Shown here: in pieces, positions 10,848 to 18,646 of the stretch
How the letters are laid out: each line of letters begins with the position of its first letter
How positions within the stretch are numbered: position 1 is the first letter of the stretch
DNA from: Alphaproteobacteria bacterium
GTDB taxonomy: Bacteria; Pseudomonadota; Alphaproteobacteria; Bin95
Assembly (NCBI GenBank): GCA_964291285.2
Contig: OZ219789.1
Coordinates: 320,001-384,000 of the forward strand
Direction: 5' to 3'
DNA length: 64,000 nt
The notes under the pieces: generated by a model
What the model was told of the DNA's origin: nothing
Seen by the model: only the letters and a program-made list of their open reading frames with translations
The model's database searches: none
Translations under genes and position numbers: made by a program

Positions 10848-11294
10848 ATGAGCTTCGGACTGAACAAGGCGCAGATCATCGGCCGCCTCGGCGCGGACGT
10901 CACCATCAACCACCTGCAAAACGGCGGCCGCGTGGCCAATCTGAGCGTTGCCACCGACGAGAGCTACATCGAACGGAACGGCAGCGGCGAGCGGATCGAC
11001 AGGACCGAGTGGCACCGGGTCGTGACCTTCCAGGACGGGCTGATCGACATGCTCGCCAGGCACGCCACAAAGGGCCGGCTGGTCTACGTCGACGGCAAGC
11101 TCCAGACCCGGCGCTGGTCGAAGCCGGGCGAGGACGGCGACCGCTTCTCGACCGAGATCCTGCTGGTCCCCGGCGGGCGCGTCCAGTTCCTCGACAAGGC
11201 GAACGGCAACGCCGCGCAGCCCGGCCCGGACGCGGCGGGCGGCGCCGCGCCGGCCGGCGGCGACCCGATGGACGGGGACCATATCCCGTTCTAG
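10848..11294 (+). CDS. ssb: Single-stranded DNA-binding protein
   Basis: LNKAQIIGRLGAD, ATDE, TEWHRVV, KGRLVYVDGKLQTRRW, acidic DGDHIPF tail; AAGGAG RBS. Confidence 0.95.
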   Translation: MSFGLNKAQIIGRLGADVTINHLQNGGRVANLSVATDESYIERNGSGERIDRTEWHRVVTFQDGLIDMLARHATKGRLVYVDGKLQTRRWSKPGEDGDRFSTEILLVPGGRVQFLDKANGNAAQPGPDAAGGAAPAGGDPMDGDHIPF

Positions 11295-11318
11295 AGCTTC
11301 CCGTTCTTCCCTCCCCAC

Positions 11319-11350
11319 AGGGCCGGCGCCTCGCGCGTCGGCCCTTTCTT
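11319..11350 (+). terminator. Intrinsic terminator after ssb
   Basis: AGGGCCGGCGC-CTCGC-GCGTCGGCCCT followed by TTCTT. Confidence 0.6.
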
Positions 11351-11475
11351 CATGCAGGCAGGTTCGAGTCTCGCCGCGGCGCATACGGAGTGGGAGCGAG
11401 GCTGGAAAGCGGGTGAACCGCGCGAGGAGGAGAGGGAGCCCGCTCGCGCACCCGTCACGCTACCCGGAGAACCCG

Positions 11476-11703
11476 ATGAGCAACATCTCCTTCCGCCGCA
11501 TCGCCCCCGACGAATCCCGCATCTACCGGGACGGCGACCATGTCGGCGACGTCCACGCCTTCGACGACAGCATCCGGCCGGGGCGCAGGGTGTTCGCCAT
11601 ACATCTCGACGAGGACCCGCGCGGGCCGGTGTATCTCCACGACCGCACCCGCATCCGCGAGGTCGCCGGGCGCCTGGTCCTCTCCCATCCCCTGTGGAGT
11701 TGA
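11476..11703 (+). CDS. Small hypothetical protein (MSNISFRRIAPDESRIY...)
   Basis: GGAG RBS before ATG 11476, high-GC3 codon usage. Confidence 0.6.
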   Translation: MSNISFRRIAPDESRIYRDGDHVGDVHAFDDSIRPGRRVFAIHLDEDPRGPVYLHDRTRIREVAGRLVLSHPLWS

Positions 11704-11812
11704 CGCAAGGGCGGGCAACGGCGCCCCCCGCTCCGGCGCCGTGCCGGCCGAACCGCCGATGGGGTCCGTGCAGGGCGAGAGAAATACGCCACCCCGCTGT
11801 GATCTCCAATCG

Positions 11813-12022
11813 TGTCACACGGGCTCGCGACAGCAACCCCTGCGGGGTCCTCCGGTCGCTCCGCTCCTTGCGGCCCGGGCAAGAAGCTCTACGGGCGGAC
11901 CGTGAAAGTCGACGACCGTGAAGATCGCAGGGCGATCTTCCGCACCATCGCCGACTTTCCGCACCACTCCGCCCAAGAGCTTCTACGCCCGGGTGCTTCT
12001 GCTGCGCGCGCGTGCCCCGACA
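11813..12022. promoter_or_regulatory. Long imperfect stem-loop upstream of DUF2493 gene (Frpo/ssi-like single-strand element)
   Basis: Nested complementary arms CCCGGGC/GCCCGGG, AGAAGCTCT/AGAGCTTCT, GGGCGGA/TCCGCCC, GAAAGTCG/CGACTTTC, GAAGATCGC/GCGATCTTC between 11874 and 11993. Confidence 0.55.
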
Positions 12023-12074
12023 GGACATCACAACGGGGATCGGCCCCGAACGTGAAAACCGAAAGGAAAACGAC

Positions 12075-12992
12075 ATGATCTTCGATATCGAGACCGCAGC
12101 GCAGTCCGCAACCGCGATCGTCTGCGACAACGCCGCTCTTTTCGGCGCAACCCCCGAGCGCGACGAGTTCGATACCCGCGAGATCTGGGACCAGGACGAG
12201 GCCATCACCGCCGTCACCGAAGCCTTCCGCATCCTCAGCCGGGGCGTCGCGCCGGACGGATACCAGATGGCAGACGAACGCGAACACCTCCTCTGGGGCT
12301 TCGTCAACATGCTCCACGCCCAGACACAGCGCCTCGACCGCGCCGCCGACAGGCTCACCCCCGAACTCCAGGACCTCCAGCGCACACAGGACGGCTCCGA
12401 GATCAGGTCCCTCGAACTGGAACTCGTGACCGACCGCGCACAGTGCCTCACCGCACGCCGCGACGCCTTCGAGACCTTGCGCGACGAAGCCGCCGAAGCC
12501 TACCGCACCGTCACCGGCGACACATGGCGGCCCCGGCGCGGCAGCCACGCCAGCCAGACCGGCACGCTCACCAGCGCCGCCATCGACGCCCGCGACTTCG
12601 TCCGTGCCCGCAAGGACCGCGCGACCATGGCGCACCTGCCGCAGGGCACCCTCGTCGCCATCGCCGGCGGCAAGGACGTCGCCGACCCGGCCGCGGTGAT
12701 CGCCAGGCTCGACCAGGCCCGCGCCAGGTATGCCGACCTCGTCCTCGTCCACGGCGGCGGTCCCGGCGTCGAGAAGATCGCGGCGCGCTGGGCAGAGCGC
12801 AACGGCGTCCACCAGGTCGTCTGCAAGCCCGACTGGGACAGGCACGGTCGCGCCGCACCCTTCCGCCGCAACGACGAACTGCTCAACCTCCTGCCCAGGG
12901 GCGTCATCGCCTTCCCCGGCTCCGGCATCACCGACAACCTCGTCGACAAGGCCCGCAGCCTCGGCATCCCGGTCATGCGCTGCCCCGCCTGA
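12075..12992 (+). CDS. DUF2493 / YspA-like SLOG domain protein
   Basis: C-terminal VAIAGG..LVHGGGPGVEKIAARWAERNGVHQVVCKPDWDRHGRAAPFRRNDELL..VIAFPGSG; AAGGA RBS; typical of alphaproteobacterial plasmids/ICEs. Confidence 0.85.
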   Translation: MIFDIETAAQSATAIVCDNAALFGATPERDEFDTREIWDQDEAITAVTEAFRILSRGVAPDGYQMADEREHLLWGFVNMLHAQTQRLDRAADRLTPELQDLQRTQDGSEIRSLELELVTDRAQCLTARRDAFETLRDEAAEAYRTVTGDTWRPRRGSHASQTGTLTSAAIDARDFVRARKDRATMAHLPQGTLVAIAGGKDVADPAAVIARLDQARARYADLVLVHGGGPGVEKIAARWAERNGVHQVVCKPDWDRHGRAAPFRRNDELLNLLPRGVIAFPGSGITDNLVDKARSLGIPVMRCPA

Positions 12993-13859
12993 CACGCAGC
13001 ACCCACGGGCCGCGTCGTCTCCGCTCCGGCGGCGGCGCGGTCCGTCTCCGTATGCGCACACCCGTCGCGCTGCGCCGCCGACACCTCGCGCGCGCTTCGC
13101 GCCGCGTTCGTGCGGAGCCTGCCCCGGACTGCGGTCCGGGGCTGCCGCGTCACGCGCCGCTGCACCATGCTTCGCATGGTGCATCGCGGGCTGCGCCGAG
13201 CCCGGCGCAGGGCCGCCGGCACTGCTGACCCGCCCACTGCCGGCGCTGCTGCCGGACCGGCACGACACTGTGCTTCGCACCGATGCCCGCAGTCGTGCAG
13301 GCGCCGCCGTCGGCGCCTCCGATCGCAACGGCTATCGTAACCGTCACCGCACCCGCGCGGCTGACGCCGCGGTAACGGGTGCGCCATCCCCGTCTGCGTC
13401 TGCGGTAATGTGTGAGCAGCACGCGATCACCCTGAACAGCCCCGCTTTCGTCGAGCACGCTTGCATCGCGGTAACATGTGCGCGGCGTCCTTCGGCTCCG
13501 CGGAACATGTGCGGCGGCGCCCGTGCCGCCGAGGTAACGCCGCCGGCTCCGGTGCGCCATGTGTGAAGACTGCCCTCCGCCGTTTGCACGCCGCGCCGCG
13601 TTCTGTTACCTCTGCGACCGGACGACAACGCGGAACGCGCCCGAAGATCGCGGATTGGTCGTCTCGCTCAATCGCCGCGACGGCTCCATTCCCTTGTGAC
13701 GCTGGCGTTTCAGGCGATGGTGGTGTGCAGGGCAACCTCGCCCGATCTCGACTCCGTTCGGAGTTTTACCGTCACACCCGACGCGCCAGGGGCGCAGTCG
13801 GCGCATGCGTGGCCTGGAGAACCCTCCCGGTGCCGCAAGGCGCCAGACGGGGCCTGCGG

Positions 13860-14000
13860 TATGATGGGAACCTGTAGTGCGCTTTGTGTTACGGACAAGC
13901 CTCTGGAATCATTGTATGTGTTTCTACCGTGTTCGCCATGTATGCTCATAGAATACCGTCCACATTGCGTGCGCATTGTGGCCAGGGACGGAGGAAACAC
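13860..14000. other. Putative origin of transfer (oriT) region
   Basis: AT-richer non-coding stretch with GTAGTGCGCTTTGTGTT and imperfect palindrome CCACATTGCG-TG-CGCATTGTGG (13960-13981), between leading-region genes and an RHH gene. Confidence 0.35.
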
Positions 14001-14115
14001 GGAATTGCCGCCCACGGGCAGGTAGGCCAATGAACCGGGAAACAGCTCCGTAGCCGTCCGAAACCGCCCGACAACGGAGTGCGCGGCGACGCAGGTTCGG
14101 GCTCGAACATGGGAG

Positions 14116-14475
14116 GTGACGATGGCAAACAGGAGCTTCCAGCGCTCGATCCGGTTCACGAAAAACGAGTGGGATGCCGTGGTCGAGGCCGCCGAGAAGG
14201 CCGGAATCACTCCTGGCTCGTTCGTGCGCAGGGCCGCCGCGCGCGCCGCGGCCGACGATCTCCATCTCCATGGCGGCGGCCTGACGCCGGAATTGGTCGA
14301 GCTGATCGAGAGAACCTTCCGCGGCGTCCACCTGCTGGCGTACCTGAAGCAGGAGGAACTCGCCGGATCGGACAGGGAAACGCTCTTCGACAGGGCCGCC
14401 AAAGACGCCCGCGCCGCCCAGATCAAGGCGCTCGGGACGGACGATGAGTCGGCGGAGAGATGGGGACTTGGGTAG
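14116..14475 (+). CDS. Ribbon-helix-helix relaxosome accessory-like (MobC/TrwA-like) protein
   Basis: RSIRFTKNEWDAVVEAAEKAGITPGSFVRRAA RHH signature; GGAGG RBS. Confidence 0.65.
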   Translation: MTMANRSFQRSIRFTKNEWDAVVEAAEKAGITPGSFVRRAAARAAADDLHLHGGGLTPELVELIERTFRGVHLLAYLKQEELAGSDRETLFDRAAKDARAAQIKALGTDDESAERWGLG

Positions 14476-14600
14476 CAAAATCCGCAGAAAGTGCTTGACG
14501 CCTGTTCCGAAAGGGAATATATAAATCCGCATAGAGCGGAGAGACGCCGCCGAAAGCCAAGGGAACAGCCGAGACGATAAGCATTCCGCAGCTTCTGCGG

Positions 14601-15500
14601 ATGTTCCCGGATCAGGAAACCTGCATCGCGTGGCTTGAGCGCGTGCGCAGGAACGGCGAGCCGGTTTGCGCCCATTGCGGAGCCTGCGACAAGATCAGGG
14701 AGCCGCGCGCCAGCAAGCCTCCCAGCAAGCCTCATACCTACTGGTGCGGGGAGTGCCGGAAGCACTTCCGGGTTACGACCGGGACAATCATGCACGCGAC
14801 CAAGACGCCATTGCAGAACTGGATCATCGCCATTTACAGCGTCATGACGGCCCGCAAGGGTATTTCCGCCATGCAGCTCTCGAAGGAGCTTGGCGTCCAG
14901 TATCGGACCGCTTGGTATATGCTTCACCGCATCCGGGAGGCTTGCGCCTCCGGTGACTTCATGCTGGATGGCGTCGTGGAAATGGACGAGGTCTATATTG
15001 GCGGTAAGCGGGCGAATATGTCCAACGCCAAGCGGAAGGCATTGGCGGACACCGGGCGCGGGACGGTCGGGAAAGCGGCCGTCATGGGCGCACGGGCGCG
15101 GGGCGGCAAGACCGTCGTCAAGCCGGTAGAGAACGCGGACGGGAAGACGGCAACCGAGTTTGCGACCGAGACGGTGCAGCCGGGCGCGGCGGTCTATACG
15201 GACGAGTCGGCCATCTACAACCGGCTGACCTTCAAGCATGAAGCGGTCAATCACAGTGCGAAGGAATGGGTTCGCGGGGCGGTCCATACCAACGGCATCG
15301 AGAGCGTATGGGCGCTGCTCAAGCGGTCGATAACCGGCACTTGGCATCATGTCTCGTTCAAGCACCTTCCCCGCTATGTCAACGAGGCTTCCATGCGCCT
15401 CAACGAAGGCAACTGCGGAGTGGACACCATTGACCGCATGGACGCGCTTGTGCGCGGCATCGGTGGTCGCCGCATCCGCTACCGGGATTTAGTCGCATGA
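14601..15500 (+). CDS. IS1595 family transposase
   Basis: CAHC..CGEC zinc ribbon, KGISAMQLSKELGVQYRTAWYMLHRIR HTH, EMDEVYIGG, YTDE, VHTNGIESVW; frame is open back to ~14535. Confidence 0.92.
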   Translation: MFPDQETCIAWLERVRRNGEPVCAHCGACDKIREPRASKPPSKPHTYWCGECRKHFRVTTGTIMHATKTPLQNWIIAIYSVMTARKGISAMQLSKELGVQYRTAWYMLHRIREACASGDFMLDGVVEMDEVYIGGKRANMSNAKRKALADTGRGTVGKAAVMGARARGGKTVVKPVENADGKTATEFATETVQPGAAVYTDESAIYNRLTFKHEAVNHSAKEWVRGAVHTNGIESVWALLKRSITGTWHHVSFKHLPRYVNEASMRLNEGNCGVDTIDRMDALVRGIGGRRIRYRDLVA

Positions 15501-15545
15501 CGGAACAAGAGCGCCAGAAGGCTATCGGCGATCTGCTGTTCGGCG

Positions 15546-16886
15546 ATGACTGACCCGAATTTCGCGTCCGGCACTGTCTGGACGAGCGACAACCTGTCGG
15601 TGCTTCGCGGCATGAATTCGGAATGCGTCGACCTCATCTATCTGGACCCGCCGTTCAACTCGAACCGGACCTATGAAGCGCCGATAGGCAGTCAGGCGGC
15701 AGGCGCGGCGTTCAGGGACGCTTGGACGCTTGACCTCATAGATGTCCATGAGCATGGCGAACTGGCGGACCGCAGCCCGGCCGCCTATGCCGTCATAGAG
15801 GCGGCACGGCAAGCGCACGGCAAGTCCATGCAGGCGTATCTCATCATGATGGCCGTGCGCCTCATCGAAATGCGCCGCCTGCTCAAGCCCACGGGGAGCA
15901 TCTATCTGCACTGCGACCCCACGGCGAGCCACTACCTCAAGCTGCTCATGGACGGCATCTTCGGGCGAGCGGCTTTCCGCAACGAGATTGTCTGGAAACG
16001 GTTCAACTTTCATGCCGACGCAAAGCGGTTTGGCGCGATCACAGACCGCATTCTCTTCTACTCAAGCGGCGAGACATTCAATCCTGTTCGCCTGCCCTAT
16101 TCGGCTGAATATATCAGGACGAAATTCACGCACCGCGACCCGGACGGGCGGCGGTATCGTCTCGAAAATCTGAATCCGCCGGGCGGGCGTGGACCAGTCT
16201 ATGAATTCCACGGCGTGACCAAAGCATGGCGCATGACGCAGAAGAAAATCGAGCAGCTTGACGCAGAAGGGCGCATCTACACGGACAGTCCGATTCCGCA
16301 ACTCAAGCGGTATCTCGACGAAATGCCGGGACAGGCCGCGCCCGATCTTTGGGCCGACATTCCGCCCATCAATCCGCGTGCGAAAGAGCGGACGGGTTAT
16401 CCGACGCAGAAGCCGCTGGCGCTGCTTGACCGTATCTTGAAGGCTTCCACCAAACCCGGCGACCTGGTGCTTGACCCGTTCTGCGGTTGTGCAACGGCCC
16501 TGGTCGCGGCGGACCGCCTGTCGCGCCAGTGGGCCGGCATAGACCTGTCACCGCTCGCCGTGAAGCTGGTGAATGAACGAATCGAGGCGGACCGGCCCGG
16601 CGGGCTGTTCGGCGGCGCAATCACGCCGGACGGCCCGCCAGCGCGCACGGACTTGGGGGAGCTTCCGAACTACCGGACGCACCGCCATCGGCTCTACGGC
16701 GAGCAAGAGGGCGTATGCGTCGGGTGCGGGACGCATTTCCCGTTCCGCGTCATGGAGGTGGACCACATTCTGCCCCGGTCGCAGGGCGGGACGGACCATG
16801 CCGACAACCTTCAACTGCTTTGCTCCGGTTGCAATCGCAGCAAGGGCGGGCGCACGATGGCCGAATGGCGGGCGGCGCAACACTGA
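15546..16886 (+). CDS. N4/N6 DNA methyltransferase fused to C-terminal HNH endonuclease
   Basis: LIYLDPPFNS (motif IV), YPTQKP, LDPFCGCAT (motif I); C-terminal CVGC..VDHILPRSQGGTDHADNLQLLCSGCNRSK HNH. Confidence 0.9.
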   Translation: MTDPNFASGTVWTSDNLSVLRGMNSECVDLIYLDPPFNSNRTYEAPIGSQAAGAAFRDAWTLDLIDVHEHGELADRSPAAYAVIEAARQAHGKSMQAYLIMMAVRLIEMRRLLKPTGSIYLHCDPTASHYLKLLMDGIFGRAAFRNEIVWKRFNFHADAKRFGAITDRILFYSSGETFNPVRLPYSAEYIRTKFTHRDPDGRRYRLENLNPPGGRGPVYEFHGVTKAWRMTQKKIEQLDAEGRIYTDSPIPQLKRYLDEMPGQAAPDLWADIPPINPRAKERTGYPTQKPLALLDRILKASTKPGDLVLDPFCGCATALVAADRLSRQWAGIDLSPLAVKLVNERIEADRPGGLFGGAITPDGPPARTDLGELPNYRTHRHRLYGEQEGVCVGCGTHFPFRVMEVDHILPRSQGGTDHADNLQLLCSGCNRSKGGRTMAEWRAAQH

Positions 16887-16887
16887 A

Positions 16888-18583
16888 CCTAAATCCGGCA
16901 TTTGAGGATGGCGTGGCCTTGCCCAATCCCTTGTAGTCTTCGGGTATGAGCGGCTTTTCAGGGGCCGAAGAGGCTCACCCTGTGGGTGACTGTCCTGGCG
17001 CTGTGCGGGATGTCGCCCGAGCGTCGGTGAAGGTGGACACCTTCGGCGGCGCGGTTCATGTGGAATGGGACCCTGATGCGGCGGTGACGCCGCTGGGCCA
17101 TCTGGCGTTTTTCGCGGAGTATCTGAAGGTGAGCGGTCGCTTTGACGCTTTGGTTGCGGACTGCCCGCTGCGGTACACGAGCCCGAACGCGCCGTCGAAG
17201 CAGGATGTCCCGGGGACGGTTCTTCTGTCGGTTCTGGCGGGGCAGTCTCGCTATGCGCACATCACGTCGCTGCGCGGCGACGGAGTGAACCCTGCGCTGT
17301 TGGGAATGGACAAGGTTGCGAGCGAGGATTCGGTGCGGCGCGGTCTGGAGCGGATCGGTGCGGATGTCGGCACATCGTGGCTTCAGGGCCATCTGGACGA
17401 GGTGGTCCGTCCGCTGCTGAGGGAGCCGTGGGTTCTGGACTGCGACACGACGATCAAGGCGCTTTACGGTCGTCAGGAGGGGGCGGTTGTGAGCTACAAC
17501 CCGAAGAAGCCGGGCCGCCCCTCGCATGCCTGCCATGCGTTCCTGATGGCGGGCACGCGGCTTGTTCTTGATGTCGAGGTGGCGCCGGGCAACCATCACC
17601 ATTCGAGGCGCGCGGCCCCGTCCTTGTGGGCCCTGCTCGACCGTCTTGGGCGGGATCGCTGGCCGCGTCTGGTGCGGGGCGACAAGGACCGGGGCAGCGA
17701 GGCCAACATGGCGTCGTGCGAGGCTGCGGGTCCGGACTATCTGTTCAAGCTGCGCCTGACGAAGGGGGCGCGCCGGCTTGCCGGGCGGCTGATGGCGCGG
17801 GACGGCTGGGAGGATGCGGGCCAGGGCTGGTCGGGGATCGGGGCCGATCTGCGTCTGCACGGCTGGAGCCGGACGCGCCGGGTTGTGGTGCTGCGCCGGC
17901 GGCTTCCTGCGACGCTGGCGCTGACGCGTGGCGACAAGGCCCGGGGCGAGCTGTTCTGGACCGAGGCGCAGCCCGGCACCGGGGTGTGGGAGTTCGCGGT
18001 GCTGGCGACCTCGCTGGACCTGGAGATACGCTCGCTGGCCCAGCTCTACCGCGACCGGGCGGACGCGGAGAACGGCTTCGACGAGTTGAAGAACCAGTGG
18101 GGTTGGGGCGGCTTCACCACGCGCGACCTGACGCGCTGCCGGCACATGGCCCGGCTGATCGCGCTCATCTACAACTGGTGGAGCCTGTTCGTGCGCCTCG
18201 CCGACCCCGACCATCACCGCGAGGCGATCACCAGCCGGCCGCTGCTCCTGCACGGGGTTGCCCGCCAGACCCACCACGCCGGCCAGACCCGGCTGACGGT
18301 GACCTCCCATCACGGGCGTCGCAAGACGGTGATGGCGGCGCTGCGCCGGATCGCCGGCTTCTTCCGGTCGCTGATGCAAACTGCGGAGCAGTTGAGCGCC
18401 GGGGATCGCTGGCGCCGGATCCTCGCCGAGGCGCTCAGGAAATACCTCCATGGCCGCGAACCGGGGCGTCAACCATGGCTGCCGCCACCCAGGACCGCGC
18501 CGACAGGCTGAAATCCACGCCCAAATCCGACTGTTCACACCGCCCCGAGACAGCGATCAAGCCCGTCAACTGCCGGATTTAGG
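16888..18583 (+). mobile_element. IS1380-family insertion sequence, copy 2 (no target duplication)
   Basis: Left IR CCTAAATCCGGCATTTGA, right IR TCAACTGCCGGATTTAGG; flanks CTGAA / ATTAG differ. Confidence 0.9.
16946..18511 (+). CDS. IS1380-family DDE transposase
   Basis: 521 aa; LDCDTT, VRGD, YRDRADAENGFDELK motifs. Confidence 0.88.
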   Translation: MSGFSGAEEAHPVGDCPGAVRDVARASVKVDTFGGAVHVEWDPDAAVTPLGHLAFFAEYLKVSGRFDALVADCPLRYTSPNAPSKQDVPGTVLLSVLAGQSRYAHITSLRGDGVNPALLGMDKVASEDSVRRGLERIGADVGTSWLQGHLDEVVRPLLREPWVLDCDTTIKALYGRQEGAVVSYNPKKPGRPSHACHAFLMAGTRLVLDVEVAPGNHHHSRRAAPSLWALLDRLGRDRWPRLVRGDKDRGSEANMASCEAAGPDYLFKLRLTKGARRLAGRLMARDGWEDAGQGWSGIGADLRLHGWSRTRRVVVLRRRLPATLALTRGDKARGELFWTEAQPGTGVWEFAVLATSLDLEIRSLAQLYRDRADAENGFDELKNQWGWGGFTTRDLTRCRHMARLIALIYNWWSLFVRLADPDHHREAITSRPLLLHGVARQTHHAGQTRLTVTSHHGRRKTVMAALRRIAGFFRSLMQTAEQLSAGDRWRRILAEALRKYLHGREPGRQPWLPPPRTAPTG

Positions 18584-18646
18584 ATTAGAGATCGTGAAAA
18601 GCAGCAGGAAAGGCCACTAGGCGCCGACCTTACCCTAGATTGCCGA

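Noticed and set aside
13000-13900. CRISPR array or regular repeat-spacer array
   Set aside because: Motifs are short, degenerate and irregularly spaced; no cas genes in the window.
8725-18583. Composite transposon formed by the two direct IS1380 copies around ssb, DUF2493 and MTase-HNH
   Set aside because: Copy 1 has its own GTGAA duplication and the outer flanks (GTGAA / ATTAG) do not match, so they look like independent events.
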